This document shows positions 26,331-36,484 of a stretch of 64,000 bases of DNA, piece after piece. The first letter of the stretch is position 1. Each line of letters begins with the position of its first letter. Source of the stretch: Selenomonadaceae bacterium (GTDB taxonomy: Bacteria; Bacillota; Negativicutes; Selenomonadales; Selenomonadaceae). The stretch spans positions 4,120 to 68,119 of the forward strand of contig JAXGCE010000011.1 of the NCBI GenBank assembly GCA_034186105.1. Reading direction: 5' to 3'. Both the position numbers and the translations under genes were made by a program. The notes beneath the pieces are model-generated. The model saw nothing but the letters and a program-made list of their open reading frames with translations. It was not told the origin of the DNA and did not search any database.

Positions 26331-27656
26331 TTGAAAACTGCATTCATGACGCTCGGCTGCAAGGTCAACCAGTTTGAGACGGAGACGATGGAGGGCCTGT
26401 TCAAGAAGGCGGGCTATGAAATCGGCCGTTTTGACGAGCCGGCCGACGTTTATGTCATCAATACGTGCTCGGTCACGAGTCTCGGCGACCGCAAGAGCCG
26501 CCAGATCATCCGCCGCGCGCATCGTGAGAATCCCGAGGCCGTCATCGCGGTCTGCGGCTGCTACGCGCAGACCGCGCCGCAGGACATTGAAGCCATCGAG
26601 GGCGTTTCGGTCGTGCTCGGCACGAAGGAGCGCAGCCGCATCGTCGAATACGTCGAGCAGGCCATGCGGGAGCAGCGCCAGATTGTCGGCGTTTCGGACA
26701 TCATGCAGGCGCATACGTTCGAGGACATCCCGCTCTACGATATGCCGGAGCGCACGCGCGCGTTCCTCAAAATCGAGGACGGCTGTGAGAATTTCTGCTC
26801 GTACTGCATCATTCCGTATGCGCGCGGCCCCGTGAAGTCGCGCCAGCCCATCCATATCCGCGAAGAGGCGGAAAAGCTCGTGCGTGCGGGCTTCCGTGAA
26901 ATCGTGCTGACGGGCATCCATCTCGGCGCCTATGGCCGCGACCTCGCGCCGATTGCCTGCGGCGATGGCACGGAGCGGAACATCACGCTCGCGGATGCCT
27001 GCCGCGAGGTGCTCTCGGTGCCAGGGCTGCGCCGCCTGCGGCTCGGCTCGCTCGAGTCGCTCGAACTCTCGCCAGAGCTTTTCGAGCTCATCCGCAGCGA
27101 CGAGCGCTTCTGCGCGCATCTGCATCTGCCGCTGCAGGCGGGCTCCGACCCCGTGCTCCATGACATGAACCGCCATTACACGACGGCGGAGTTCGCGCAG
27201 CTCATCGAGGGCGTCGAGCGCGAAGTGCCGGGCATCGCCGTTTCGACGGACATCATCGTCGGATTCCCGGGCGAGACGGAGGAGATGTTTGCGGACGGCC
27301 TGCGCTTTGTGGAAAAAATGAACTTCTCGCGCATGCACGTCTTCCCGTACTCGCGCCGTACGGGCACGCCCGCGGCCAAGCGCAAAGACCAGGTGCCAGA
27401 GCCCGTCAAGAAAGAGCGCGTCCACCGCATGCAGGCGCTCGCTGACCGCAAGGCGGAAGAATTCCACCGCATGTTCCTTGGCAAGAAGATGCGCGTGCTG
27501 TTCGAGACGGAAAAAGACGGCGTGACGGACGGATTGACGGACAACTATATCCGCGTGTATACGGATAGTGCGGTCGAGAGCGGAGAAATCTATGAAGTCG
27601 CGTTGGAAAAGCTCTATAAAGATGGGATCTGGGGGACGGCAGTTGCAAAGATGTGA
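26331..27656 (+). CDS. mtaB: tRNA t6A37 methylthiotransferase MtaB (MiaB-like radical SAM)
   Basis: TLGCKVNQFE, the radical SAM motif CENFCSYCIIP, and a TRAM-like C-terminus are present. Confidence 0.9.
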   Translation: MKTAFMTLGCKVNQFETETMEGLFKKAGYEIGRFDEPADVYVINTCSVTSLGDRKSRQIIRRAHRENPEAVIAVCGCYAQTAPQDIEAIEGVSVVLGTKERSRIVEYVEQAMREQRQIVGVSDIMQAHTFEDIPLYDMPERTRAFLKIEDGCENFCSYCIIPYARGPVKSRQPIHIREEAEKLVRAGFREIVLTGIHLGAYGRDLAPIACGDGTERNITLADACREVLSVPGLRRLRLGSLESLELSPELFELIRSDERFCAHLHLPLQAGSDPVLHDMNRHYTTAEFAQLIEGVEREVPGIAVSTDIIVGFPGETEEMFADGLRFVEKMNFSRMHVFPYSRRTGTPAAKRKDQVPEPVKKERVHRMQALADRKAEEFHRMFLGKKMRVLFETEKDGVTDGLTDNYIRVYTDSAVESGEIYEVALEKLYKDGIWGTAVAKM

Positions 27657-27793
27657 CTTCGCGAAGCAGAGCCGATGCTCGTTGGCGGAAACGGGAATGT
27701 CGTCGGACGCGAAGATACATTTTTCGTGAAAAGAAGGGAAATTTTCACGAAGGGAGAATATAATAACGTACAGAGTAGAAAGGGGGTGACCAT

Positions 27794-28141
27794 ATGGCAG
27801 ATTGCATTTTCTGCAAGATTGCGGCAAAGGAGATCCCGTCGAACCTTGTCTATGAGGATGAGCAGGTCGTGGCGTTCAAGGATCTCGAGCCGCAGGCGCC
27901 GGTGCATGTGCTCGTGATCCCGAAGAAGCATGTCGAGAGCATCCTGGCGCTGGCAGAGGAGGACAAGGGCCTCGTCTCGCACATCCTCGTCGACGTCATC
28001 CCGAAGCTCGCAAAAGAGCTCGGCGTCGCGGAAAAAGGTTTCCGCGTCGTGGCGAACACGGGCGAGGAGGGCGGCCAGTCCGTGAAACACCTCCACTTCC
28101 ATCTCCTCGGTGGACGTTCCATGCAGTGGCCCCCCGGCTGA
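27794..28141 (+). CDS. HIT-family (histidine triad) nucleotide-binding protein
   Basis: CIFCKI and the triad HLHFHLLGG are present. 115 aa. Confidence 0.9.
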   Translation: MADCIFCKIAAKEIPSNLVYEDEQVVAFKDLEPQAPVHVLVIPKKHVESILALAEEDKGLVSHILVDVIPKLAKELGVAEKGFRVVANTGEEGGQSVKHLHFHLLGGRSMQWPPG

Positions 28142-28186
28142 CGAGCGGCTATTGCCGCCCGTCGGCCGGATCTTCCTCAAAAATCA

Positions 28187-28215
28187 TTGACAGAAGGTGC
28201 CGTATCGGTTATACT
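28187..28215 (+). promoter_or_regulatory. Consensus-like sigma-70 promoter of rpsU
   Basis: TTGACA-N17-TATACT. Confidence 0.7.
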
Positions 28216-28275
28216 ATTACGGTGTAGTTACGATAGTAGCTCACGCCCGAAGTCAAGTGGAGGGGGGGAAACCAA

Positions 28276-28458
28276 ATGGCAAACGAAATCAAAGTTGGAA
28301 AAAACGAATCGATCGATAGTGCTCTCCGCCGCTTCAAGCGCATGTCCCAGAAAGCTGGTACGCTCGCTGAGGTACGCAAACGTGAACATTACGAGAAACC
28401 GAGCGTTCGCCGTAAGAAGAAATCTGAGGCTGCTCGTAAACGCAAGTACAGAGGCTGA
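28276..28458 (+). CDS. rpsU: 30S ribosomal protein S21
   Basis: [22 protein letters not shown]...[21 protein letters not shown]. Confidence 0.95.
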   Translation: MANEIKVGKNESIDSALRRFKRMSQKAGTLAEVRKREHYEKPSVRRKKKSEAARKRKYRG

Positions 28459-28484
28459 AACACGCTAACGTAGATGCAAGAGAG

Positions 28485-28520
28485 GCGCCTGCGAGTCCCC
28501 AGGGACTGCAGGCGCTTTTT
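28485..28520 (+). terminator. Rho-independent terminator after rpsU
   Basis: A GC-rich stem of about 14 bp, GCGCCTGCGAGTCCC / GGGACTGCAGGCGC, is followed by TTTTT. Confidence 0.8.
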
Positions 28521-28552
28521 CCATGTGAATCGATTTTCAGGGGGAAACAGAT

Positions 28553-29002
28553 ATGTCTATCAAGGAACAGCTCACGGCCGATATGAAGGAAGCCATGAAG
28601 GCGCATGAGAAAGACCGCCTCGCTGTCATCCGCGGCGCGCGCGGCGCCATCCGCCAGGCCGAGATCGATGGCGGCCATACGGAACTCGACGATCAGGCCA
28701 TCATCGGCGTGCTGAGCAAGGAAGTCAAGATGCGCAAGGACTCCATCGAGGAGTTCGAAAAAGGCGGCCGTCAGGATCTCGTCGAAAAGACGCAGGCCGA
28801 GATCGACGTGCTCATGAAGTATCTGCCAGCGCAGCTCTCTGAGGACGAGGTCAAAGCCCTCGTCAAGGAAGCCGTTGAGCAGACGGGCGCAAAGGAACCG
28901 AAGGATATGGGCAAGGTCATGGGTGCGCTGATGCCGAAAGTCAAGGGCCGCGCCGATGGCAAGATGGTGAACCAGCTCGTGCGCGCGATGCTCGTGGGCT
29001 AA
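28553..29002 (+). CDS. yqeY: GatB/YqeY domain protein
   Basis: LTADMKEAMKAHEKDRL, LSKEVKMRKDSIEEF and KDMGKVMGALMPKVKGRADG are present. Confidence 0.9.
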   Translation: MSIKEQLTADMKEAMKAHEKDRLAVIRGARGAIRQAEIDGGHTELDDQAIIGVLSKEVKMRKDSIEEFEKGGRQDLVEKTQAEIDVLMKYLPAQLSEDEVKALVKEAVEQTGAKEPKDMGKVMGALMPKVKGRADGKMVNQLVRAMLVG

Positions 29003-29029
29003 AAAGATTTTTGCGGAAGGAGCACACCC

Positions 29030-30466
29030 TTGGTCAAGCGTGTCAAAAGCTGGATGGCGCTCCGGGAGCGATATATCTTTCCAGCGCTCTTCATCTTACT
29101 CGACTACTGCGTGATCCTTTTGACGGAATGGGAGGCACTCTGGGCGCATGATATCATCCGCCATCTGCCCGTGCCATACCGTCTTTCTCCGCAGTTCATC
29201 TATTTCTGGGTGCCGCTCGTCTTTGTCGCGTTTCTCGGACAGGCGCAGGCGTATCGTTCGATGCAGCCGATCCTCGAGACGGTGAAGGCGGTGTTCTATT
29301 CCGTCTGCGCAGCGGCGCTGACGTGTCTCGTCATCATTTATTTTACGAAGACGGGGCCGCTGACGTCGCGCCTGTTCTTCGGCCTCTTTTGCATTTTCGT
29401 GCTGTTCAACATCTATGTCGCGAAGTATCTCCTGCTGAAGTTCCTCAAGAAGAGCCATTTGCTCTCGGCGCCCGTGTTGCTCGTTGGCGCGGGCAAGACG
29501 GCCGAGCGCGTATTGCGCTTCTTTCAGGAAGACCTCGGCTATCGCTACAATGTTGTTGGCATCATCGATGATGCGCCTGTCGCGCCGCAGATCGCGGAGC
29601 GCTATGGCCTTTGCGGTCGCTTTGACGAGGCGGAGCGCATCGTGCAGGAAACCGGTGTCAAGGACGTCATCATCACAGCGCCAGGACTCACGCGCGACAA
29701 GCTCACGGAGCTCATCACGCGTATCCAGCCGCATGTGCGCAATCTCTCGTTTGTGCCAGACCTCATCGGCACGCCGGTTTCGGGCGTCGAGCCGCATGTG
29801 CTGTTCAGCGAAGAGATCCTCATGCTGGCAATCCACAACAACCTCGCGATTCGCCGGAACCGCATCATCAAGCGGTTGTTCGACCTCGTCTGCACGATTT
29901 TTGGCGGCCTGTTGCTCTCGCCCGTGCTGCTTTTGCTCGCGCTTGTCGTGGCCGTCGAGAACCACGGCCATGTCATCTTCACGCACATGCGCATCGGCAA
30001 GGACGGCAAGCCATTCCCGTGCTACAAGTTCCAGACGATGGTGCCGGACGCGGAGAAAAAACTCGCGGCCTACCTCGCGGCGAACCCCGAGGCAAAGCGG
30101 GAATGGGAGGAAAGTTTCAAGCTCACGCACGATCCGCGCGTGACGAAACTCGGCGCGTTCCTCCGGCGCACGAGCCTCGACGAGCTGCCGCAGATCTTCA
30201 ATGTCTTGCGTGGTGAGATGAGTCTCGTCGGGCCGCGTCCCATCGTGCGCGAGGAGATCCCGCGCTATGGCGACAAGTTTCGCGAGTACGCGATGGTGCT
30301 GCCAGGCATCACAGGCATGTGGCAGACGAGCGGCCGCAGCGATACGACGTATGAAGAACGCGTCGAGATGGACACCTGGTATGTCCGCAACTGGTCGCTC
30401 TGGATCGACCTCGTCTATCTGTTCAAGACGTTCAAGGCCGTGTTCTTTGCCAAGGGCGCTTATTGA
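29030..30466 (+). CDS. Polyprenyl-phosphate glycosyl-1-phosphate transferase (WbaP/EpsL 'bacterial sugar transferase' family)
   Basis: N-terminal TM segments and a central Rossmann-like region are followed by the catalytic C-terminus: RIGKDGKPFPCYKFQTM, DELPQIFNVLRGEMSLVGPRP and W.D..YL. Confidence 0.88.
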   Translation: MVKRVKSWMALRERYIFPALFILLDYCVILLTEWEALWAHDIIRHLPVPYRLSPQFIYFWVPLVFVAFLGQAQAYRSMQPILETVKAVFYSVCAAALTCLVIIYFTKTGPLTSRLFFGLFCIFVLFNIYVAKYLLLKFLKKSHLLSAPVLLVGAGKTAERVLRFFQEDLGYRYNVVGIIDDAPVAPQIAERYGLCGRFDEAERIVQETGVKDVIITAPGLTRDKLTELITRIQPHVRNLSFVPDLIGTPVSGVEPHVLFSEEILMLAIHNNLAIRRNRIIKRLFDLVCTIFGGLLLSPVLLLLALVVAVENHGHVIFTHMRIGKDGKPFPCYKFQTMVPDAEKKLAAYLAANPEAKREWEESFKLTHDPRVTKLGAFLRRTSLDELPQIFNVLRGEMSLVGPRPIVREEIPRYGDKFREYAMVLPGITGMWQTSGRSDTTYEERVEMDTWYVRNWSLWIDLVYLFKTFKAVFFAKGAY

Positions 30467-30610
30467 GCGACGGTACGTCGCGTTGATTTTGAAATGCAAG
30501 GGCTTCCCCATCGCGGGAGGCTCTTTTTTCATTGGCAGGATTTCGCAGAGCGCGTGTAGAATTGTAAAAATGAGAAGCAGCGTTTTTGAAAACGGAAGGG
30601 GGCGCTTTTC

Positions 30611-31240
30611 ATGGCCATCATTACGTTGCCGGTCGTCAAGATGCTACTCGTCGCCATCATGCTGCTCGGCCTGCTCGTCGAGATCAAGACGGGCGGCATG
30701 GGGGCGGGCGTGCTCCTCGGCATCGTCGCGGCCGGCGTGTTTTGGGGGAGCCAGTACGTGCAGGGCGCGGTCAGTCTCTACATGATCGCCGTGTTCTTTG
30801 GCGGCATCCTCTGCATCATCATCGAGATGCTGCTGCCGACCGTCGGCCTGCTCGCAGGCGTCGGCGTCGCGGCGATGCTCTATAGCGTCGTCTTAGCGCT
30901 CGGCGGCGATGTCGATGCTGTGATCGCGATGCTCGGCGCGTCCGTGCTCGCCGTCATCATCTTTGCGATGATCGTGAAGAAGCTGCCGTCGAGCAAGCTC
31001 TGGGCGAAATTCGTGCTGCATGACCAGTCGACGTCGCGGCGCGGCTTCGTCAGTGCGCAGCCGCGCACGGAGCTCGTCGGCCGCACGGGCGTCGTCACGA
31101 CAGAGCTGCGGCCGTCCGGCACGGCAGAGATCGACGGCCACCCCGTCGATGTCGTCTCGGAAGGGGCTTTTCTGCCGAAGGGTACAAGCGTGCGCGTCGT
31201 CACCGTGGAAGGTGCGCGCGTTGTTGTGAGAAAGGAGTAA
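30611..31240 (+). CDS. NfeD-family membrane protein (YqeZ-like)
   Basis: A multi-TM N-terminal half is followed by the C-terminal OB-fold block [45 protein letters not shown]. Confidence 0.8.
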   Translation: MAIITLPVVKMLLVAIMLLGLLVEIKTGGMGAGVLLGIVAAGVFWGSQYVQGAVSLYMIAVFFGGILCIIIEMLLPTVGLLAGVGVAAMLYSVVLALGGDVDAVIAMLGASVLAVIIFAMIVKKLPSSKLWAKFVLHDQSTSRRGFVSAQPRTELVGRTGVVTTELRPSGTAEIDGHPVDVVSEGAFLPKGTSVRVVTVEGARVVVRKE

Positions 31241-31244
31241 TTCC

Positions 31245-32246
31245 ATGCTGTCTTTGATTGGATCCGGTTTCTTCCTCGTCCTCATCATCGTCGCCGTCAT
31301 GATCTTTTTGCACTTCGTGCCGCTCGGACTCTGGATCTCGGCGCTCGCGGCCGATGTGCGCGTCAGCATCATTACGCTCGTCGGCATGCGCATGCGTCGC
31401 GTGCCGCCATCGAAGATCATCCTGCCGCTCATCAAGGCGAACAAGGCCGGCCTTGACGTGCAGGTCAACCAGCTGGAAGCGCATTACCTCGCAGGCGGCA
31501 ACGTCGACAAGGTCGTCGATGCGCTGATCGCCGCGCACCGCGCGCAGATTCCCCTGCCATTCGAGCGCTCGGCCGCCATCGACCTCGCTGGCCGCGACGT
31601 GCTCGAAGCCGTGCAGATGAGCGTCAACCCGAAAGTCATTGAGACGCCGGTCGTCTCGGCCGTCGCGAAGAACGGCATCGAGCTCAAAATCAAGGCGCGC
31701 GTGACGGTGCGCGCGAACATCGACCGCCTCGTCGGCGGCGCAGGCGAGCCGACAATCATCGCGCGTGTCGGCGAAGGCATCGTCACGACGGTCGGCTCGT
31801 CCGAGAGCCACAATGACGTGCTCGCGAACCCAGACGACATCTCGAAGACCGTGCTCGGCAAGGGACTTGACGCGGGCACGGCATTCGAGATCCTCTCCAT
31901 CGACATCGCGGACGTCGATGTCGGCCGCAACATCGGCGCCGAGCTCCAGACGGATCAGGCCGAGGCCGACAAGCGCATCGCGCAGGCGAAAGCCGAGGAG
32001 CGCCGCGCCATGGCCGTCGCGAAAGAGCAGGAAATGAAAGCCTACACGCAGGAAATGGAAGCAAAAGTCGTCGAGGCGCAGGCCGAAGTGCCGCATGCCA
32101 TGGCGCAGGCGCTGCGCGAAGGCAAGCTCGGCGTCATGGATTACTACAACCTCAACAACGTGCAGGCCGACACCGATATGCGCAATTCCATCAGCCAGTC
32201 CGGCGCAGAGGGCAAGCTCGCGCCGCAGGCGCCCGTGACGAAATGA
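31245..32246 (+). CDS. floA: Flotillin-like protein FloA (YqfA/UPF0365)
   Basis: [32 protein letters not shown] and the SPFH body are present. Confidence 0.9.
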   Translation: MLSLIGSGFFLVLIIVAVMIFLHFVPLGLWISALAADVRVSIITLVGMRMRRVPPSKIILPLIKANKAGLDVQVNQLEAHYLAGGNVDKVVDALIAAHRAQIPLPFERSAAIDLAGRDVLEAVQMSVNPKVIETPVVSAVAKNGIELKIKARVTVRANIDRLVGGAGEPTIIARVGEGIVTTVGSSESHNDVLANPDDISKTVLGKGLDAGTAFEILSIDIADVDVGRNIGAELQTDQAEADKRIAQAKAEERRAMAVAKEQEMKAYTQEMEAKVVEAQAEVPHAMAQALREGKLGVMDYYNLNNVQADTDMRNSISQSGAEGKLAPQAPVTK

Positions 32247-32279
32247 ACGCGTGCATGATGTGGGAGGAGGTGCGTCGAC

Positions 32280-32846
32280 GTGGATGCGGATGATCTTTTC
32301 AATCTCTTAGTGGTCATCGCGTTCGTCTTGTTGCCGCTGCTCGACCGCAAGAAGGAAAAGGGCAAGGGCAAAATCAAAGGCAAGGCAAAAGCTATTCGTT
32401 TGCCGAAATCACTTTCCGACGAGCTGTCGAACGTCCTTTCGAAAAAATTCCCGACGCAGGAAGAAGTGCGGAAAGCCGAGGATATCCTGCGCCATCGCGG
32501 CGAGCTGCTGCCGAATGAAACGATGTGGCAGCCGGACGTGGAAGAAATGCCACAGACAGCGCAGCCTGTCGATGATATGATGGTCGATGAGGCAGAGGCC
32601 GAGCTCCGCGACATGACGCATACGGCAGCATATGAAACAAAGCGGCGGGCAGAGGAAGCCGCGACGCGGGCGGCCGAGCAGGCGGCCTACGAGCGGGCAG
32701 CGAAACTCCCGAGCCGCGCCGTCACGCCGCAGCCGCGCATCGAAATGACGGCTGAAAAAGCACGCGAGGCCATCGTGCTCGCGACGATTCTCGGCGCGCC
32801 GAAAGCAAAGCAGAATGGATGGGGCCGTTTTCATGTGAAAAAATAA
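32280..32846 (+). CDS. Membrane-anchored charged protein, unknown function (occupies yqfB position)
   Basis: GTG start with a GGAGGAGG RBS. An N-terminal TM segment is followed by K-rich and E/A-rich regions. Confidence 0.5.
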   Translation: MDADDLFNLLVVIAFVLLPLLDRKKEKGKGKIKGKAKAIRLPKSLSDELSNVLSKKFPTQEEVRKAEDILRHRGELLPNETMWQPDVEEMPQTAQPVDDMMVDEAEAELRDMTHTAAYETKRRAEEAATRAAEQAAYERAAKLPSRAVTPQPRIEMTAEKAREAIVLATILGAPKAKQNGWGRFHVKK

Positions 32847-32928
32847 ACAATGACAAAAACACATCCATGGTGTAAAATGGACAAGTATGCATTCTGCATC
32901 TTTTGAACAAGAAGCGAAATTTTTGTAG

Positions 32929-33909
32929 GTGATAGTTTTGTCGAACGCGATGTTTGATGTGATCAAGAGCGATCTGGAACGATTGGAAGACACGCTGCTC
33001 GAGGCAGTGACGGCGCCGGACGACCTCGTGACAGAGGTCGGCACGCACCTCGTGACCTCGGGCGGCAAGCGCATCCGTCCGGCGCTCTGCCTGCTCTCGG
33101 CACACGGGGGCAAGGCGTTCGACCTCGAGCGCACGCTGCCGCTCGCGACGGCGCTCGAACTCATCCACACGGCGAGCCTCGTGCATGACGATGTCATTGA
33201 CAAGGCCGACACGCGCCGTGGCGCGCCGACGGCCAATGCGAAATGGGACAACAAGATCGCCATCCTCGCAGGCGACTACATCTTCGCGCGCGCGTTCCAC
33301 CTCGTGACGGATGGCGGTTATGGCGACCATGTCTCGGGGCGTCTCGCTTGGCTCGTCGGTAACCTCAGCGTCGGCGAAATCATCCAGGACAAGCAGATGT
33401 ACAAGGCATCGCGCGACGAGGCGGACTACTACGACCGCATCCAGAAAAAGACGGCGGACTTCCTCGAAATCTGCTGCGAGCTCGGTGCGCTCGTCGGCGG
33501 CATGGAGAAAGCGGAAGCGGACGCGCTCGCGCAGTACGGTCACGACATCGGCATGGCGTTCCAGATCACGGACGACCTCCTCGACATCCTGCAGACGAGC
33601 GAGCAAATCGGCAAACCTGTCGGCAACGATATCCGTCAGGGCATCATTACGCTTCCGGTGCTCCGCGCCCTGCATGAAAGCGACGATCGCGACGAACTCC
33701 TCGCCATCGTGCAGAACGCGGCGATGACAGATGATATGGTCGAGCGCGCGCTCGAGATCGTCAAGGCGACGGACGGCATCGACTTTGCAAAGGCGAAGGC
33801 CGACGAATTCCTCGCCCATGCAAAAGACGTCCTGCCTACAAATCTCCCCGCAAACATCCGCGACGCCTACGAACAGGTAGCCGACTTCATCGGTGACCGC
33901 GATTTTTAA
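32929..33909 (+). CDS. Long-chain polyprenyl diphosphate synthase (IspB/HepT-like)
   Basis: The two aspartate-rich motifs are LVHDDVID and FQITDDLLD. Confidence 0.9.
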   Translation: MIVLSNAMFDVIKSDLERLEDTLLEAVTAPDDLVTEVGTHLVTSGGKRIRPALCLLSAHGGKAFDLERTLPLATALELIHTASLVHDDVIDKADTRRGAPTANAKWDNKIAILAGDYIFARAFHLVTDGGYGDHVSGRLAWLVGNLSVGEIIQDKQMYKASRDEADYYDRIQKKTADFLEICCELGALVGGMEKAEADALAQYGHDIGMAFQITDDLLDILQTSEQIGKPVGNDIRQGIITLPVLRALHESDDRDELLAIVQNAAMTDDMVERALEIVKATDGIDFAKAKADEFLAHAKDVLPTNLPANIRDAYEQVADFIGDRDF

Positions 33910-33917
33910 AGACAAAG

Positions 33918-33947
33918 AAGCCGCCCCTCGCAGGCGGCTTTCGTTTT
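33918..33947 (+). terminator. Rho-independent terminator
   Basis: AAGCCGCC-N7-GGCGGCTT followed by TCGTTTT. Confidence 0.75.
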
Positions 33948-33977
33948 GAAACATGCAATTTTGAAAGGAGACCCTCC

Positions 33978-34451
33978 ATGTTTGGCATCGGCATCCCCGA
34001 ACTCATCCTGATCCTCGTCGTCGGCCTCATCGTCTTCGGCCCCGGCAAGCTGCCGGAAGTCGGCCGCGCGCTCGGCAAGGGCTTGCGCGAATTCAAGAAA
34101 GCGCAGAACGCGCTGACCGTCGCGATGAACGAGCCTGAGCAGCCAAAGCAGCAGTCCGCTGCGCAGGCGTCAGCCCAGCCGCAGCAGGTAGCGACGCCGA
34201 CGGCACAAGCAGCCGTGCAATCGACGCCGAACACGGCGTATCCGTCCGCGGATGCTGCTGCGCCACAGACGTCTGTTGCTGCGCAGCCTGCGCAGGCTCC
34301 CTCCGTGCAGGAACTCAACCTCGAAGCAAAGCCGACAGACGTTGCTGCAGGTTACCACACGCCGACGCAGGAAGAAGTTCGTGCGCAAGTGGCAGCACAA
34401 CAAAATATTTTGAACAACAAGCAGGAAAATCACGATCCCGCCACGAAATGA
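33978..34451 (+). CDS. tatA: Twin-arginine translocase TatA/E with long Q/A/P-rich tail
   Basis: [41 protein letters not shown] is followed by about 110 aa of low complexity. Confidence 0.85.
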   Translation: MFGIGIPELILILVVGLIVFGPGKLPEVGRALGKGLREFKKAQNALTVAMNEPEQPKQQSAAQASAQPQQVATPTAQAAVQSTPNTAYPSADAAAPQTSVAAQPAQAPSVQELNLEAKPTDVAAGYHTPTQEEVRAQVAAQQNILNNKQENHDPATK

Positions 34452-34548
34452 GATAAAGGATAAAAGAGACTTATAAATATAAAAGAGAAAAGAGGGTATC
34501 AAGCCTTGCATATGCGGGAGCCACAACATATGTGAGGTGTTTTTTATC

Positions 34549-36477
34549 GTGAAAGAAAAATTGATCGGATCACAGATTCTTGGCGCGGCCGTGGGATGTG
34601 CCATCGGCTTTGCTCTTGCGGGCAGCATCGGCAATGTGCTCAGTGCAGTGCTCGCCATCGTCATCGCGGGTGCACTTGCGTGTGTGCTGGTGCCGCAGGC
34701 ACTAAAAGGGAGTGAAACGCTTCCTGCACGCGAACCTGCGCCGCAAACGTCTGCATCGCCGAAACAGGGCGAACGCACACACGTGCAAGCAACAGAGTTT
34801 GATTTTCTCGGCATCGCGGAGGAAATGGCATTTGCGTCGCAACAGCTCCTCTGGGGCATCGGCCAGTATCGCACGGTCATCGCACAAGTCGAGGAGCTCG
34901 CGCGGAGTATCAGCACGCAGAGCGAGACAAATGCGAGCAGCGTCGAGGAAGCGTCGGCTGGCGTCGAGGAAATCGCGGCTTCGGCGAGCAAGGTCTCCGA
35001 TGTTGCACAGTCGAGCCTTCAGGAATGCGAGAACTCGACAAAGATTGCGACGGACTACCAGAACGTCATCCGCAACGTCAGCGAGAGCATCCAGGATGTC
35101 ACGCGTACGGCGCAACAGAGCGTCGAGGAAATCGAAAAGCTTAACGAGGCATCGGAAAAAATCGCCTCGTTCGTCGGCAAGATCCGTGCCATCGCAGCGC
35201 AGACGAACCTCCTCGCGCTCAATGCGTCCATTGAGGCAGCTCGCGCTGGCGAGCATGGGCGTGGCTTTGCCGTCGTCGCTGGCGAAGTCGGTAAACTCGC
35301 AACGGAGAGTGACGAGACGACACGAGAAATCGAGGAGATCGTCAGAGACATCACGTCGAAGACGGAAGCTGTCACGACGGGCATGCGTACGAGCAGTGAA
35401 AATCTGCTGGGCGTCGAGCAGCAGGCGCATGCCTCGGCAGGATCGATGAAAGATCTCACAGACAACATGACGAACATCGAGGCCATCGTCGGTGAGCTCT
35501 GCAACATGTCCGACCGCCAGCGGGAGACGACGGATCAGATGGCAAAAGCTGTGGAAAGCGTCGGCCAGACGACCGTCACGATCGCAGGCAATACGCAGGA
35601 GGCTTCAGACAGCATCCGAAGCCAACGCAAGAACCTCGACGAGATTCACACGTATGCGCAGTCCCTCCTCGGCATCGCAGATCGTGTCCAGAGAGCTGCC
35701 ATGGCGTTCAAGCAGCCGGATGAACTCGTTTTTGCCGTGAATCCTTTTACGTCACCAGAGCGCATCCGCGAAACGTATGTGCCGATTCTCCAAGACGTGG
35801 CGAAACGTGCGGGCAAACGGGCGCGCACGATCATCGTCGCCGACTACGATGCGCTCGGCCGCGCTCTTGCTGAAGGCCTTGCCGATGTCGGCTGGTTCTC
35901 GCCGTTCGCGTACGTCGCGGCACGTGAGCGTTCGCGCATTCAGCCGATCGTCACGCCGTCCGTGCATCATCAGACGAGTTACACGGGTTACATCGTCACG
36001 CGCAGGGGCAGCGGCCTCGATACCATCGATGACCTTTCAGGCAAGCGGTTTGGCTTTGTCGATGCAAAATCGGCCTCGGGCTATGTCTATCCGAAAGCGG
36101 CACTCGTCGCGGAGGGCAAAGTACCAGATACCTTCTTTGGCTCGACGGTCTTCCTCGGCAGTCACAACAACGTGATCCAAGCTGTGGAAGATGGCACCGT
36201 CGATGGCGGTGCGACGTACTCCACGGCCTATGATGCTGCGCATGCGGGCGACCAGCTCCAGATTATCTTCCAGACAGACCCCATCCCGACGGATGTCATC
36301 GCGGCCGCTGCAGCAGTCGACAAAAATGTCGTCGCTGCGCTTCGCGCCGCATTCGAAGCGACGACAGAAACGGCATCCACATGTGCGGCTGCCATGCAGG
36401 AAGCAGGCATTGACAGCTTCGTCGAGACAAGTGACAAAGCCTATGACGTTGTTCGCAAAGCGGCAGCCGTCAAGTGA
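34549..36477 (+). CDS. Methyl-accepting chemotaxis protein with C-terminal PhnD-like substrate-binding domain
   Basis: The MCP signalling hairpin is [34 protein letters not shown]. The C-terminal ~260 aa resemble phosphonate/phosphite-binding proteins ([10 protein letters not shown]...YTGYIVTR...[17 protein letters not shown]). The GTG at 34549 follows a GAGGTG RBS. Confidence 0.85.
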   Translation: MKEKLIGSQILGAAVGCAIGFALAGSIGNVLSAVLAIVIAGALACVLVPQALKGSETLPAREPAPQTSASPKQGERTHVQATEFDFLGIAEEMAFASQQLLWGIGQYRTVIAQVEELARSISTQSETNASSVEEASAGVEEIAASASKVSDVAQSSLQECENSTKIATDYQNVIRNVSESIQDVTRTAQQSVEEIEKLNEASEKIASFVGKIRAIAAQTNLLALNASIEAARAGEHGRGFAVVAGEVGKLATESDETTREIEEIVRDITSKTEAVTTGMRTSSENLLGVEQQAHASAGSMKDLTDNMTNIEAIVGELCNMSDRQRETTDQMAKAVESVGQTTVTIAGNTQEASDSIRSQRKNLDEIHTYAQSLLGIADRVQRAAMAFKQPDELVFAVNPFTSPERIRETYVPILQDVAKRAGKRARTIIVADYDALGRALAEGLADVGWFSPFAYVAARERSRIQPIVTPSVHHQTSYTGYIVTRRGSGLDTIDDLSGKRFGFVDAKSASGYVYPKAALVAEGKVPDTFFGSTVFLGSHNNVIQAVEDGTVDGGATYSTAYDAAHAGDQLQIIFQTDPIPTDVIAAAAAVDKNVVAALRAAFEATTETASTCAAAMQEAGIDSFVETSDKAYDVVRKAAAVK

Positions 36478-36484
36478 TGTGATA

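Noticed and set aside
25269-27827. An 852-aa ORF antisense to prmA-rsmE-mtaB.
   Set aside because: It is a shadow ORF of a GC-rich region. The translation is Arg/Ala/Asp/His-rich with no recognisable motif. The plus strand encodes three well-conserved proteins with RBSs and overlapping starts and stops.
28263-28269. A G7 run in the rpsU ribosome-binding region as a phase-variation site.
   Set aside because: It forms part of an extended Shine-Dalgarno sequence (GGAGGGGGGG) of an essential ribosomal protein gene. Length variation there is unlikely to be a programmed switch.
30480-30530. A terminator after the sugar-transferase gene (AGGGCTTCCC...GGGAGGCTCTTTTTT).
   Set aside because: The stem has several mismatches. 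The T-run is good, but the hairpin is too weak by eye to list as a feature.
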